The notes under the pieces were generated by a model, which saw only the letters and a list, made by a program, of their open reading frames with translations, was not told the origin of the DNA and ran no database searches. Made by a program: the position numbers and the translations under genes. Below, piece after piece: positions 17,790-28,152 of a DNA stretch of 30,934 nt. Origin of the DNA: Actinomycetota bacterium (GTDB lineage Bacteria > Actinomycetota > Nitriliruptoria > Euzebyales > Egibacteraceae); NCBI GenBank assembly GCA_019347785.1, contig JAHWKQ010000001.1, forward strand, positions 1,394 through 32,327, written 5' to 3'. Each line of letters opens with the position of its first letter. Within the stretch, counting starts at the first letter, position 1.

Positions 17790-20654
17790 ATGTCCGCGAC
17801 ACGCGCACCCGAACGGCCTCCTCGCGGAAGGGCCGGCTCCGCCCCCGCCGGTGTGGTTCTCGGGTGGGCGGCGGTCGCGACACAGGTCCTCGCGGCCGGC
17901 TGGCTGCCCGTGCGTACGGCGATCGCACGTGCCGAGGCCCGCGCCGTGCCGGCGCTGGCGGCCTCTCCCAGGCTCGCCCTCCAAGGGCTGTCCGGCCTGC
18001 AGGCCCGCCTCGTCCCGATCCTGAGGGGCGTGGGCCGGGGCGTCGTCTCGGCGCTCGTCGGCGCCGAGGCACGACTCGTGCCGCTGCTCGGCGCCGCGGC
18101 GTCCGCGGTCGCCACCACGGTTCTCCGCCTGGACCGCCGCCTCATCCCACCCCTGTCGCGGGCGGACGCGACGGTCGCCGGCATCACGCGGCGGGCGCCG
18201 TCCCGGCTGGCGGACTGGACGAAGAAGGCCGGCCGGCCGGTCGTGGCCGTGGCCTCGACCACCGCCGAGTCCCCGCGCCGGCTCGCGCAGCGGCGGGAAC
18301 AGGCGTGGCGCCGCCGCGTCGAGGAGCGCCGGGCGATGGCACGGCGCCCGGCGGGCTTCACCTTCGTCCCGCGGCCGCCGGTACCCCCCACGATGCGGCT
18401 GCGCCGGGCGGGCCTGCACACCCTGCGGGCGACCGGCCTGCTGACCGCGACGCTGATCGCGCTGCTGCTGTTCGGGCTCGTCGCCGGGCAGTTCGGTGGC
18501 TACGCCGCCCGGGCCGCGGGCGGGGCCCTCAATCTCAACCTTGCCCTGCCTCAGGATGCGCAGCTGGCGCGGCTGCCCGAGCGCTCGGTCGTCTACGACT
18601 CCAAGGACCGGGTGCTGGCGGTGCTGCACGACGAGGTCAATCGCCAGGTGGTGTCGCTCGACCGCATCTCCAAGCAGATGCAGAACGCGGTCATCACCGC
18701 CGAGGACCGCGAGTTCTACGAGCACCCCGGGTATGACCTGGAGGCCGTCGGCCGGGCGGCGGTGGCCAACATCAAGGCGCAGGACGTCACCCAGGGCGGC
18801 TCCACCATCAGCCAGCAGCTGGCCAAGCAGAACTTCGCCGGCGACGAGCAGAGCCTGGAGCGCAAGTTCACCGAGCTGCTGTACTCGGTCGCCCTGGAGA
18901 GGCGCTTCTCCAAGGACGAGCTGCTCGTCCGCTACCTCAACGAGGTCTACTTCGGCTCGGGCAGCTACGGCGTGGCCGCCGCGGCGGAGGACTTCTTCGG
19001 CAAGCGCCCCAAGGACCTCAACGCCGCGGAGAGCGCGCTGCTGGCCGGTGCGATCCGCAGCCCCTCATCGCTCGACGCGCGCTCCTACCCCAAGGCGGCC
19101 CGCCGCCGGCGCAACCAGGTGCTGTCGGGCATGGCCGCGGAGGGCTACCTCACCCGCCAGCAGGCGCGGCACTGGAAGCGCACGCCGCTCAGGGTCGTCC
19201 CCGAGCAGGAGCGCCAGACCGACGAGCCGTACTTCGTGGCGGCCGTCAAGCGGGAGTTCCTGGCCAACCCCGCGTTCGGCGCGACCCGGGCGGAGCGCCG
19301 GCAGCAGCTGTTCAGCGGGGGCCTGCGCATCTCGACCTCGATCGACCAGCGGATGCAGAGGATCGCCGACGAGGTGGTGGACGCCAACTTCCCCATCTAC
19401 GGGGGCGCCACGGCGGCGATCGCATCGGTGGACCCCAGGACGGGGCGGGTGCTCGCCCTGCACGGCGGCGAGGACTTCGACGAGGAGCAGTTCGATCTGG
19501 CGGCGCAGGGGCGTCGGCAGCCGGGCTCGGCGTTCAAGCCGTTCGTGATGGCCACGGCGCTCAAGGAGGGCTTCCCGGTCGGGACCCGCCTGACGGGGCA
19601 GAGCCCCACGGTGTTCTCGGTCGAGGGGCCCGACTGGGAGGTCGGCAACTACGGGGGCGCCAGCTACGGCTCGCTGACCATTCCCGAAGCGCTGGTGAAC
19701 AGCGTGAACACCGCCTTCGCCCAGCTGATGCTGGCCGTCGGTCCCGCCGACGTCATCCGGCAGGCCAAGCGCATGGGCATCGACATGGAGCGTGCGACCG
19801 GAGGGGTGTCGAATCCGTCACTGGCGCTGGGCGGCTTCGATGTCGGCGTCACCCCCCTGGAGATGGCGGGCGCGTACGCGACGTTCGCCAACGGCGGCAG
19901 GCACCAGGAGCCGCACTTCATCGACAAGGTGCGCGACACCGAGGGCCGCGTCATCTACCGCGCCGACACCTCGGGGCGGCGGGTCCTCCCCCCGGCGGTC
20001 AACGGCGTGATGGTCGAGACCATGCAGCAGGTCGTCTCGCGCGGCACGGGCACCCGGGCCCAGCTGTACAACTGGGAGGAGGCCGGCAAGACCGGCACCA
20101 CCCAGGACTACTCCGACGCGTGGTTCATCGGCTACACGCCGGTGCTGTCCACCGCGGTCTGGGTCGGTCATCCCGACAGCCGCGAGCCGATGAACGGCGT
20201 GACCGGCGGGTCCTATCCCGCCTCGACGTGGCGCCAGTTCGTCGAGGCGGCGCTCGCCAACCGCCGGCCGGTCGGGTTCAAGGACGCCAGCACCAACCTG
20301 TCCGGGCTCGTGAGCGGCAAGGTCTCGGTTCCCGACGTCACCGGGGTGACCGAGACCACCGCCACCCAGCGCCTGCTGAGAGCCCGCCTGGTGGCCGAGC
20401 CGCAATCCACCGAGTCGGACGCACCAGAGGGCACCATCGTGTGGCAGAACCCGGACCCGGGTGACACCGCCAGGGTCGGCGACCGCGTCTACCTGGGGGT
20501 GTCGACCGGCTACGTCCCCGAGCCCGAGCCCGAGCCCCAGCCGCAGCCGGAGTCCGACGACGGTGGCGGCGGCGGCCAGGGTGGCGGCGGCGGCCAGGGT
20601 GGCGGCGGCGGCCAGGGTGACGCCGGCGGCCAGCAGGGGCCCCCGGACCGGTAG
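17790..20654 (+). CDS. Class A penicillin-binding protein (transglycosylase + transpeptidase + PASTA) with a long N-terminal extension
   Basis: EDREFYEHPG, QGGSTISQQLAK, YLNEVYFG; SAFK (SxxK), SVN (SxN), KTG; PASTA VPDVTG; start ATG 17790 after AGGTGG is tentative. Confidence 0.93.
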   Translation: MSATRAPERPPRGRAGSAPAGVVLGWAAVATQVLAAGWLPVRTAIARAEARAVPALAASPRLALQGLSGLQARLVPILRGVGRGVVSALVGAEARLVPLLGAAASAVATTVLRLDRRLIPPLSRADATVAGITRRAPSRLADWTKKAGRPVVAVASTTAESPRRLAQRREQAWRRRVEERRAMARRPAGFTFVPRPPVPPTMRLRRAGLHTLRATGLLTATLIALLLFGLVAGQFGGYAARAAGGALNLNLALPQDAQLARLPERSVVYDSKDRVLAVLHDEVNRQVVSLDRISKQMQNAVITAEDREFYEHPGYDLEAVGRAAVANIKAQDVTQGGSTISQQLAKQNFAGDEQSLERKFTELLYSVALERRFSKDELLVRYLNEVYFGSGSYGVAAAAEDFFGKRPKDLNAAESALLAGAIRSPSSLDARSYPKAARRRRNQVLSGMAAEGYLTRQQARHWKRTPLRVVPEQERQTDEPYFVAAVKREFLANPAFGATRAERRQQLFSGGLRISTSIDQRMQRIADEVVDANFPIYGGATAAIASVDPRTGRVLALHGGEDFDEEQFDLAAQGRRQPGSAFKPFVMATALKEGFPVGTRLTGQSPTVFSVEGPDWEVGNYGGASYGSLTIPEALVNSVNTAFAQLMLAVGPADVIRQAKRMGIDMERATGGVSNPSLALGGFDVGVTPLEMAGAYATFANGGRHQEPHFIDKVRDTEGRVIYRADTSGRRVLPPAVNGVMVETMQQVVSRGTGTRAQLYNWEEAGKTGTTQDYSDAWFIGYTPVLSTAVWVGHPDSREPMNGVTGGSYPASTWRQFVEAALANRRPVGFKDASTNLSGLVSGKVSVPDVTGVTETTATQRLLRARLVAEPQSTESDAPEGTIVWQNPDPGDTARVGDRVYLGVSTGYVPEPEPEPQPQPESDDGGGGGQGGGGGQGGGGGQGDAGGQQGPPDR
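17931..18194 (+). repeat. Four 66-bp (22-aa) degenerate repeats in the PBP N-terminus
   Basis: AEARAVP / LQARLVP / AEARLVP / LDRRLIP start at 17931, 17997, 18063, 18129. Confidence 0.8.
20562..20633 (+). repeat. 18-bp tandem repeat (GGTGGCGGCGGCGGCCAG x3 plus 1 degenerate) encoding GGGGGQ
   Basis: Direct reading; in the PBP C-terminal tail. Confidence 0.9.
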
Positions 20655-20658
20655 GGCG

Positions 20659-22014
20659 TCACATGCTGGCGATGAGCTTGTCGACCCGCTCGTCGGTGGC
20701 GCGGAACGGGTCCTTGCACAGCACCGTGCGCTGTGCCTGGTCGTTGAGCTTCAGGTGGACCCAGTCGACGGTGTAGTCACGGCGCCGGCGCTTGGCCTGG
20801 CGGATGAACTCGCCCCGCAGGCGCGCCCGGGTCGTCTGTGGGGGCAGGTCGCGCGCCCGCTGGATGCCCTGGTCGTCGACGACGCGGTCGACGCGGTCGC
20901 GGCGCTGCAGCAGGTTGTACAGCCCGCGGCTGCGGTTCACGTCGTGGTACTGCAGGTCGAGCATCGCCACGCGCGGGTGTGACAGCGGCAGGTCGTGGCG
21001 ACGACGGTAGTCGTCGACGAGGTGGTGCTTGGCGACCCAGTCGCACTCGCGCCCCAGCTTGAGCGGGTCGTCCTCGAGCGTCTGCAGCACCCGCGCCCAC
21101 TCGGCCAGCACGACGTCGGTCTCCGGGTCGGTGCCCTCGTGCTCCACGAACTGCGACACGCGCTCCAGGTAGTGCCGCTGGATCTCCAGTGCGCTCAGCT
21201 CCCGGCCCCCGATCAGCTTCACCCGCCGGGTGCACGACATGTCGTGGCTGATTTCGCGGATGGCTCGGATCGAGTTCTCCAGCGTCAGCTCGCGCATGAC
21301 GGTGCCCGCCTCGATCATGCGCAGCACTAGGTCCGTCGTCGCCAGCTTCAGCCAGACGGCGTACTCGCTCATGTTCGAGTCGCCGACGATGACGTGCAGT
21401 CGCCGGTACCGCTCGGCGTCCGCGTGCGGCTCGTCACGGCTGTTGATGATCGGGCGGCTGCGGGTCGTGGCCGACGACAGCCCCTCCCAGATGTGCTCGG
21501 CCCGCTGAGAGATGGAGTAGACGGCCCCGCGCGGGGTCTGCAGCATCTTGCCGGCGCCGGCGTAGATCTGGCGTGTGACGAGGAACGGGATGAGCGTGTC
21601 GGCCAGCTTCTGGAACTCCCCGAAGCGGGCGACGAGATAGTTCTCATGGCTGCCGTAGGAGTTGCCCGCCGAGTCGGTGTTGTTCTTGAACAGGTGGATC
21701 TGCCCGGAGATGCCCTCCTCGTGGAGGCGCTGCTCGGCCTGCTCCACCAGGTTCTCCAGGATGCGCTCCCCCGCCTTGTCGTGGGTGACGACGTCACGCA
21801 CCGAGTCGCACTCGGGAGTGGCGTACTCCGGGTGGGAGCCGACATCGAGGTACAGGCGGGCGCCGTTCTCCAGGAACACGTTGGACGAGCGGCCCCAACT
21901 GACGACCCGGCGGAACAGGTAGCGCGCGACCTCGTCGGGCGACAGCCGCCGCTGGCCCCGGAAGGTGCACGTCACGCCGTACTCGACCTCGAGGCCGAAG
22001 ATCCGACGCTGCAT
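20659..22014 (-). CDS. pafA: Pup-protein ligase
   Basis: [65 protein letters not shown]. Confidence 0.97.
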   Translation of the reverse strand: MQRRIFGLEVEYGVTCTFRGQRRLSPDEVARYLFRRVVSWGRSSNVFLENGARLYLDVGSHPEYATPECDSVRDVVTHDKAGERILENLVEQAEQRLHEEGISGQIHLFKNNTDSAGNSYGSHENYLVARFGEFQKLADTLIPFLVTRQIYAGAGKMLQTPRGAVYSISQRAEHIWEGLSSATTRSRPIINSRDEPHADAERYRRLHVIVGDSNMSEYAVWLKLATTDLVLRMIEAGTVMRELTLENSIRAIREISHDMSCTRRVKLIGGRELSALEIQRHYLERVSQFVEHEGTDPETDVVLAEWARVLQTLEDDPLKLGRECDWVAKHHLVDDYRRRHDLPLSHPRVAMLDLQYHDVNRSRGLYNLLQRRDRVDRVVDDQGIQRARDLPPQTTRARLRGEFIRQAKRRRRDYTVDWVHLKLNDQAQRTVLCKDPFRATDERVDKLIASM

Positions 22015-22086
22015 GTCACGGAGCCTTTCCTCGGTCGGGGCTCTCCCGCGCGCACCCGCCGCGGGAGCACCGGGCGGAGCCGCGTC

Positions 22087-22092
22087 AGTGTA
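22087..22092 (-). promoter_or_regulatory. -10 element TACACT for pafA
   Basis: In the prcA-pafA intergenic gap; RBS GAGGAAAGG downstream. Confidence 0.55.
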
Positions 22093-22133
22093 CGGCGGAC
22101 GGTCGCGGCGGCCGCGCCCCCTCCCCGGCGGCG

Positions 22134-22811
22134 TCAGGTCCCCGACTCCAGGGCCTCGGTGACCGCCTCGTCGCTCAGGCGACGGAACTTGCGCCGGCCC
22201 CGGCCCCGGTCGAGCACGGCGACCTCGAGCCGTCCGGCCAGCTCGTCGCCGTCGCTGAGCGCGGTGCGGGCCCACCCCAGGGCCGTTGCCAGCTGGCTGC
22301 CCGGCTGGTGCAGCTCCGACAGGCGTGCGTTGACGCGCTCGGCGTCGCCGCCGATGGCGACGAAGCCCTCCTCGTCGGTGATCGAGCCGTCGTAGAGGAT
22401 GTGGAACAGGTCCACGTCGGAGTCGCCGACCTCGGCGACGAGCAGCTCGACCTCGTAGGGCTTGGACCCCTCGGTGAAGGCGGTCCCCAGGGCCGTGGCG
22501 TACGCGTTGGCCAGCGAGCGTCCGGTCACGTCCTCGCGCGCGTACTGGTAGCCGCGCACGTCGGCGACCCTGATGCCGGCCACCCGCAGCTGCTCGAACT
22601 CGTTGTACTTGCCGACCGCGGCGAAGGCGATCCGGTCGTAGATCTCGCTGACCTTGCGCAGGCTCGACGAGGGGTTCTCGGCGACGAACAGCACCCCGGC
22701 GTCGTAGGCCACCGCGATGACGGACCGGCCACGGGCGATGCCCTTGCGGGCGTAGTCGGCCCGGTCCTTCATGAGCTGCTCGGGTGACACGTAGTAGGGC
22801 ATCGCCACCAC
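22134..22811 (-). CDS. prcA: 20S proteasome alpha subunit
   Basis: [41 protein letters not shown]; RBS GAGGAGG. Confidence 0.97.
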   Translation of the reverse strand: MVAMPYYVSPEQLMKDRADYARKGIARGRSVIAVAYDAGVLFVAENPSSSLRKVSEIYDRIAFAAVGKYNEFEQLRVAGIRVADVRGYQYAREDVTGRSLANAYATALGTAFTEGSKPYEVELLVAEVGDSDVDLFHILYDGSITDEEGFVAIGGDAERVNARLSELHQPGSQLATALGWARTALSDGDELAGRLEVAVLDRGRGRRKFRRLSDEAVTEALESGT

Positions 22812-22877
22812 GGTGGGCGCCTCCTCTCTGTACGCGACCCGCGCCCACGCTCGCGCGCCCGGCGTCAGCGCGCCGGG

Positions 22878-23675
22878 TCAGCGCTGGCGCTGCTCGATGA
22901 CGCGCTCGACGCGGGCCGCCACGGCCTCGTCTTCCATCTCCCGGTAGCCGCCGGCGTCGATGACCGTCACCAGCGGGTAGATGCCCCGCACCAGGTCGGG
23001 CCCGCCGGTCGCGGAGTCCTCGTCCGCGGCGTCCCACAGGGCCTCGATCGCCATGTCCAGCGCGGTCTCGCGCTCGGCGCCCGGGGTGTAGCGGGCCTTC
23101 AGCGAGCCGCGGGCGTCACGCCCGCCGGAACCGGTGGACGCGAAGCGTCGCTCCTCGTAGCGCCCCCCGGCCGCGTCGTACTCGTAGATGCGCGAGCGGC
23201 CGGTGTGCGGGTCGTACCCGGCGAACAGCGGCACGACCACGAAGCCCTGCAGGGCCATGCCCAGGTTGCCCATCACCATGCGCGCCAGCATGTTGGCCTT
23301 GCCGTCCAGTGACAGGGGGCCGCCCTCGATCTTCTCGTAGTGCTCCAACTCGGTGGCGAAGACCTTCGCCAGCTCCATGGCCGGGCCGGCCGCGCCGGAG
23401 ATCGCCACGGCCGACCAGGCGTCGGCCTCGAAGACCTTGCGCATGTCCCGCTTGGAGATGACGTTGCCGGCGGTCGCCCGCCGGTCGCCGGCCATGACCA
23501 CACCCCCGTCGTAGGTCAGTGCCAGCACGGTGGTGCCCTCGACGTGATCGACGACCTCGTCGACCCGGGCGACGCCGGGGGCGGGGCGGGGCTGCGCCGC
23601 CGGACGGTCTCGTCGCAGGAGGGCCGAGAAGCTGGGGCCGTCGAGGTCGAACGCGCTCGGGCGCTCGAGCCTCAC
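22878..23675 (-). CDS. prcB: 20S proteasome beta subunit (propeptide + Thr1)
   Basis: EG/TTVLAL autocleavage site, [20 protein letters not shown]. Confidence 0.97.
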   Translation of the reverse strand: MRLERPSAFDLDGPSFSALLRRDRPAAQPRPAPGVARVDEVVDHVEGTTVLALTYDGGVVMAGDRRATAGNVISKRDMRKVFEADAWSAVAISGAAGPAMELAKVFATELEHYEKIEGGPLSLDGKANMLARMVMGNLGMALQGFVVVPLFAGYDPHTGRSRIYEYDAAGGRYEERRFASTGSGGRDARGSLKARYTPGAERETALDMAIEALWDAADEDSATGGPDLVRGIYPLVTVIDAGGYREMEDEAVAARVERVIEQRQR

Positions 23676-23857
23676 TGGCCACCCTTCTGGACATAGTTCT
23701 TGACGAACTCCTCGGCGTTCTCCTCGAGGACCTCGTCGATCTCGTCGAGCAGGTCGTCGACGTCGGACGTGTCGACCTGGTCGGCGGCGGACGTCTCGCC
23801 CGGCTCCTCCTCGGTCTGCCGCGGCCGCTGTCGGCGGACCCTCTCACCCTCGCTCAT
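23672..23857 (-). CDS. pup: Prokaryotic ubiquitin-like protein Pup (GGQ end, needs Dop deamidation)
   Basis: [28 protein letters not shown]. Confidence 0.98.
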   Translation of the reverse strand: MSEGERVRRQRPRQTEEEPGETSAADQVDTSDVDDLLDEIDEVLEENAEEFVKNYVQKGGQ

Positions 23858-23913
23858 GGCAGGCTCCTGACGCCGCACCCGGCCCGGGACGGTGGCCAGG
23901 GACGCGTGCCGGA

Positions 23914-23919
23914 AGTGTA
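23914..23919 (-). promoter_or_regulatory. -10 element TACACT for pup-prcB-prcA
   Basis: In the dop-pup gap; RBS AGGAG before the pup ATG. Confidence 0.55.
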
Positions 23920-23966
23920 GCGAGCGCCCGGGCGCGGCTGTCGAGGGCCCACAGGCAGGGCCGGCG

Positions 23967-25454
23967 TCAGCCCTGCAGGGCCTCCAGCAGCGGCGCGGCC
24001 GAGTCGCAGCGGTCGATGAGCTCCTCCACCTGCACGCGGCCACCGCGGCCGGGGTCCATCATCGGCACGCGCTGGAGCGTCTCCTTGCCGACGTCGAAGA
24101 TGATCGAGTCCCAGCCGGCCGCAGCGACCTGGTCGCGGTACTTGGCCAGGCACCGGCCGCGGAAGTAGGCCCGGGTGTCCTCGGGGGGCTCGGTGACCGC
24201 CCGTCGGACCTCCGACTCGGCCACGACGCGCTCGACCCGCCCGGACGCGGCCAGGCGGTTGTACAGGCCCTTGTCGCGACGCACGTCGTGGTACTGCAGG
24301 TCGACGAGCTTGAGCTTGTCGTGGTCCCAGGAGAGATCGTCGCGCTCGACGTAGCGTCGCAGCAGCCGGTACTTCGTCACCCAGTCGACGACGCCGTCCA
24401 GGCTCATCGGGTCGTCCTCGAGGGCCACGAGGATTCGTTCCCACACGGCCAGGACGTCCTTGGTGACCTCGTCGACAGCCACCTCCTTGCAGTAGCGCTG
24501 GGCGTGCTCCAAGTAGTGCCACTGCAACTCGACGGGCGTGACCCGGCGGCCGTCGCGCAGGAGCACGGGCCGCGAGCAGGTCAGGTCGTGGGAGACCTCG
24601 TGCAGCGCCGAAACGGGGGCGTCCACCGCGGGCGGGTCGGGCAGGAATCCGTCCTCGACCATCGACAGCAGCAGCCCCGTCGACCCCAGCTTGAGCAGGG
24701 TGCAGACCTCACTCATGTTCGCGTCGCCGACGATGACGTGTAGGCGGCGGAAGCGCTCGGGGTCGGCGTGCGGCTCGTCGCGCGTGTTGACGATCGGCCG
24801 CTTCAGCGTCGTCTCCAGGCCCACCTCGACCTCGACGAAGTCGGCGCGCTGCGACAACTGGTAGGGCACGTCGGGCAGGCCGTGCTCGTTGCCCAGGCGC
24901 CCGGCTCCGACCATGACCTGTCGTGTGACGAAGAACGGCGTGATCTGGCGGACGATCTGACCGAACGGCACCGCCCGGTCCACGATGTAGTTCTCGTGCA
25001 TGCCGTACGCGGCGCCCTTGCCGTCGGTGTTGTTCTTCGTGATGACGACCCGGCCGGGCCCACCCGGCAGCATCCGCCCGGCGCGCTCGGCCGCGACCTC
25101 CAGGATCCGCTCGCCGGCCTTGTCCCACACGACCGCGTCGCGGGGATTGGACACCTCGGGCGAGGAGAACTCGGGGTGGGCGTGGTCGACGTAGAAGCGG
25201 GCCCCGTTGGTCAGGATCGCGTTGGCCAGTCCCACGTCCTCCTCGGGCACCGGCTCGTGGGCGCTGGGCTGGGTGAACCCGCGGGCGTCGCGCAGCGGGT
25301 TCTCCTCCTCGTAGTCCCACCGCGCGCGGCGATGCCCGTCGGCGGCGTAGGCGTTGACGACCAGCGACGACGCGAGCACGGGGTTGAAGTCGGGACGCCC
25401 CACCACGGCGATCCCGTACTCGGTCTCGGTCCCCTGATACCTGACGAGCGTCAT
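23967..25454 (-). CDS. dop: Pup deamidase/depupylase
   Basis: [60 protein letters not shown]. Confidence 0.97.
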   Translation of the reverse strand: MTLVRYQGTETEYGIAVVGRPDFNPVLASSLVVNAYAADGHRRARWDYEEENPLRDARGFTQPSAHEPVPEEDVGLANAILTNGARFYVDHAHPEFSSPEVSNPRDAVVWDKAGERILEVAAERAGRMLPGGPGRVVITKNNTDGKGAAYGMHENYIVDRAVPFGQIVRQITPFFVTRQVMVGAGRLGNEHGLPDVPYQLSQRADFVEVEVGLETTLKRPIVNTRDEPHADPERFRRLHVIVGDANMSEVCTLLKLGSTGLLLSMVEDGFLPDPPAVDAPVSALHEVSHDLTCSRPVLLRDGRRVTPVELQWHYLEHAQRYCKEVAVDEVTKDVLAVWERILVALEDDPMSLDGVVDWVTKYRLLRRYVERDDLSWDHDKLKLVDLQYHDVRRDKGLYNRLAASGRVERVVAESEVRRAVTEPPEDTRAYFRGRCLAKYRDQVAAAGWDSIIFDVGKETLQRVPMMDPGRGGRVQVEELIDRCDSAAPLLEALQG

Positions 25455-25500
25455 CGCGTGCGCCCGCACCGCCAGGCACAGTGCGCCCGTCGGGACCCCC

Positions 25501-27222
25501 TCACAGGTACTGGCCGGTGTTGACGTTCTCGATGGACTTGCCGGGCGCCTGCCCGTCGCCGACCAGGGTCCGGACGAACACGATGCGCTCCCCCTTCTTG
25601 CCGGAGATGCGCGCCCAGTCGTCGGGGTTGGTGGTGTTCGGCAGGTCCTCGTTCTCGCGGAACTCGTCGCGGATGGCCTGGAACAGGTCCTCCGGGCTGA
25701 GGCCGCGCTGGCCCTCGTCGAGATAGCGCTTGATCGCCATCTTCTTGCCGCGGGCGATGACGTTCTCGATCATCGCGCCGGAGTTGAAGTCCTTGAAGTA
25801 CAGGACCTCCTTGTCGCCGTTGGCGTAGGTGACCTCCAGGAAGCGGTTCTCCTCCCGCGTGGCGTACATCCGCCGGCACGTCTGGTCGATCAGCCAGCGC
25901 ACCGCCGGCTCCTCCCCGTCGTGCCGCTTGACCAGGTCAGGGTGCAGCGGGAGGCCGGCGTGCAGATAGACGCCGAAGATCTCCCGGGCGGCGTCCTCGT
26001 CGGGCCGCTCGATCTTGATCTTCACGTCCAGGCGGCCGGGCCGCAGGATCGCCGGGTCGATCATGTCCTCCCGGTTGGACGCCCCGATGACGATGACGTC
26101 CTTGAGCGACTCGACGCCGTCGATCTCGGACAGCAGTTGCGGGACGATCGTGTTCTCCACGTCGCTGGAGATCCCCGATCCGCGCGTGCGGAAGATCGAG
26201 TCCATCTCGTCGAAGAAGACGATGACGGGAAAGCCCTCCTCGACCTTCTCCCGGGCGCGCTGGAAGATCAGTCGGATCTGCCGCTCGGTCTCCCCCACGT
26301 ACTTGTTGAGCAGCTCCGGGCCCTTGATGTTCAGGAAGTAGCTGCGCGCGTCGGAGCGCCCGGCGCGCTCGGCGACCCGGTGGGCCAGGGAGTTGGCGAC
26401 GGCCTTGGCGATCATCGTCTTGCCGCAGCCCGGCGGGCCGTACAGAAGAATCCCCTTCGGCGCGCGCAGCTCGTGCTCACGGAACAGGTCGGCGTGCAGG
26501 AAGGGCAGCTCGACGGCGTCCTGGATGGCCTCGATCTGGGCGCCCAGGCCCCCGATGTCCTCATAGGAGATGTCGGGCACCTCCTCCAGGATGAGCTCCT
26601 CCACCTCGGGACGGGGCAGGCGCTCGAGGGCGTGGTTGCTGCGGGTGTCGACGAGCAGCGTGTCACCCGCGCGCAGCGGCACCGACAGCAGCGGCTCGGC
26701 GACCCGCACCACCTGCTCGTCGTCGGTGTGGCCGATCACCAGGACGCGGTTGCCGTCCAGGCGCTCCTTGAACGTCATGGCCTCGCCGACGACGTCGAAG
26801 CGGGCGCCCTCGATGATGTTCAGCGCCTCGTTCAGGACGACCTCCTGGCCGCGCACCAGCGAACCGGCGTCCACCTCGGGGCCGAGGGCGACCCGCAGCT
26901 TGCGGCCCTGGGAGAAGACCTCGACGGTCTGGTCGTCGTGGGGCTCGAGGAACACGCCGAACGTCGACGGTGGCGCCGTCAGCTTCTCGACCTGCTCTTT
27001 GAGGGCGACGATCTGCTCGCGCGCCTCGCGCAGGGTCTCGGCCAGCTTGCTGTTCTGCGCCTGGGCGGTGGCCAGCCGGCCCTTGGTCTCCAGGACCCGC
27101 TCCTCCAGGGCCCGTGTGCGCGACGGTGACTCGTCAAGGCGTCGCCGCAGCAGGGCCGCCTCCTCCTCGAGGAACTTGACCTGCGTCCGCAGCTCGAGCA
27201 GTTCCGCCTCGTGGTCTGCCAT
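25501..27222 (-). CDS. arc: Proteasomal AAA ATPase ARC/Mpa
   Basis: N-terminal coiled coil, [13 protein letters not shown] pore loop, FFDEMD, RPGRLD, C-terminal GQYL. Confidence 0.97.
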   Translation of the reverse strand: MADHEAELLELRTQVKFLEEEAALLRRRLDESPSRTRALEERVLETKGRLATAQAQNSKLAETLREAREQIVALKEQVEKLTAPPSTFGVFLEPHDDQTVEVFSQGRKLRVALGPEVDAGSLVRGQEVVLNEALNIIEGARFDVVGEAMTFKERLDGNRVLVIGHTDDEQVVRVAEPLLSVPLRAGDTLLVDTRSNHALERLPRPEVEELILEEVPDISYEDIGGLGAQIEAIQDAVELPFLHADLFREHELRAPKGILLYGPPGCGKTMIAKAVANSLAHRVAERAGRSDARSYFLNIKGPELLNKYVGETERQIRLIFQRAREKVEEGFPVIVFFDEMDSIFRTRGSGISSDVENTIVPQLLSEIDGVESLKDVIVIGASNREDMIDPAILRPGRLDVKIKIERPDEDAAREIFGVYLHAGLPLHPDLVKRHDGEEPAVRWLIDQTCRRMYATREENRFLEVTYANGDKEVLYFKDFNSGAMIENVIARGKKMAIKRYLDEGQRGLSPEDLFQAIRDEFRENEDLPNTTNPDDWARISGKKGERIVFVRTLVGDGQAPGKSIENVNTGQYL

Positions 27223-27284
27223 GCGGATGCTCCTCTCTGACCGGAGCGTCGACCGGGGGCGTGAGCCGTGCCTCCTGCGCCCCG

Positions 27285-27290
27285 AGTATA
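27285..27290 (-). promoter_or_regulatory. -10 element TATACT for arc
   Basis: Near-consensus hexamer in the trmI-arc gap; RBS GAGGAG downstream. Confidence 0.6.
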
Positions 27291-27336
27291 TGGGTGTACC
27301 GGGCGCGCATCGCCTGTGCGCGCGGCCGGCCCCCGG

Positions 27337-28152
27337 CTACCGCGTCGGCGCGGCGAGGCGTCGCGCCGTCGTGAGGAACGCGGTGTGGGCGACCATGCGG
27401 TGGTCGGGGCGCACGGACTGGCCCTCCACGTGCCAGCCGCGCACCAGCGTTTCGGTCGTGTGCCGCAGCCCCCAGCGCCCGTCGGCCACCAGCGCCTCGT
27501 GCAGGCGCACGACCTGGGTCACGGTTGGCGTGTAGGCCACGAGGATGCCCCCGGGCCGCAGGGCGTCGGCGCCGGACTTGACGACCGCGGCCGGGTCGAG
27601 CAGGTCCAGCACCAGGCGGTCGCACGACTCGCCGTCCACCCCGTCGGCGACGTCGCCGCGGCGTAGCCGCCAGTTGGGCGGGCGCCCGCCGCAGCGGGCC
27701 TCGACGTTGCGCTCGGCCACGTCGGCGTGCTCGTCGCGGATCTCGAAGCTGGTCACCGCTCCCGTCGGCCCGACCGCCCGCAGCAGGGCGCACGTCAGCG
27801 CCCCCGAGCCGGCACCCGCCTCGACCACCGTGGCCCCGGGCCCCAGGTCAGCCAGCGCGACGATCATGGCCTGGTCCTTGGGATAGACGACCTGCGCCCC
27901 CCGGGGGGCCTTGACCGTCCAGTCGGCCGCCGTGGGCCGCAGGGCCAGCAGCGCCGACCTGCCGCTGCTCCGCACCGTGACGCCCTCGGGGCAACCGATC
28001 AGCGCATCGTGCTCCAGGATCCCGGCGTGGTAGTGGAAGCGGCCACCGGCCTGCAGCGTCACCATGTAGCGGCGGTCCTTGCGGTCGACGAGCAGCACCG
28101 TGTCACCCGGGCTGAACGGGTCGGGATGGCCCGGGCCGCGGGGTGCGCTCAT
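27337..28152 (-). CDS. trmI: tRNA (adenine-58 N1)-methyltransferase
   Basis: RGAQVVYPKD, VEAGAGSGALT, LDLLDP, W...GQSVRPDHRMVAHTAFL; ATGA-coupled to the upstream gene; classic position upstream of arc. Confidence 0.95.
   Translation of the reverse strand: MSAPRGPGHPDPFSPGDTVLLVDRKDRRYMVTLQAGGRFHYHAGILEHDALIGCPEGVTVRSSGRSALLALRPTAADWTVKAPRGAQVVYPKDQAMIVALADLGPGATVVEAGAGSGALTCALLRAVGPTGAVTSFEIRDEHADVAERNVEARCGGRPPNWRLRRGDVADGVDGESCDRLVLDLLDPAAVVKSGADALRPGGILVAYTPTVTQVVRLHEALVADGRWGLRHTTETLVRGWHVEGQSVRPDHRMVAHTAFLTTARRLAAPTR

Noticed and set aside
20562-20633. Possible mini CRISPR array
   Set aside because: No spacers, lies inside a CDS, no cas genes
22015-23037. 792-aa ORF suggesting a PafA fusion or extension
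   Set aside because: It overlaps prcA/prcB out of frame; the canonical PafA start (MQRRIFG) has its own RBS and -10
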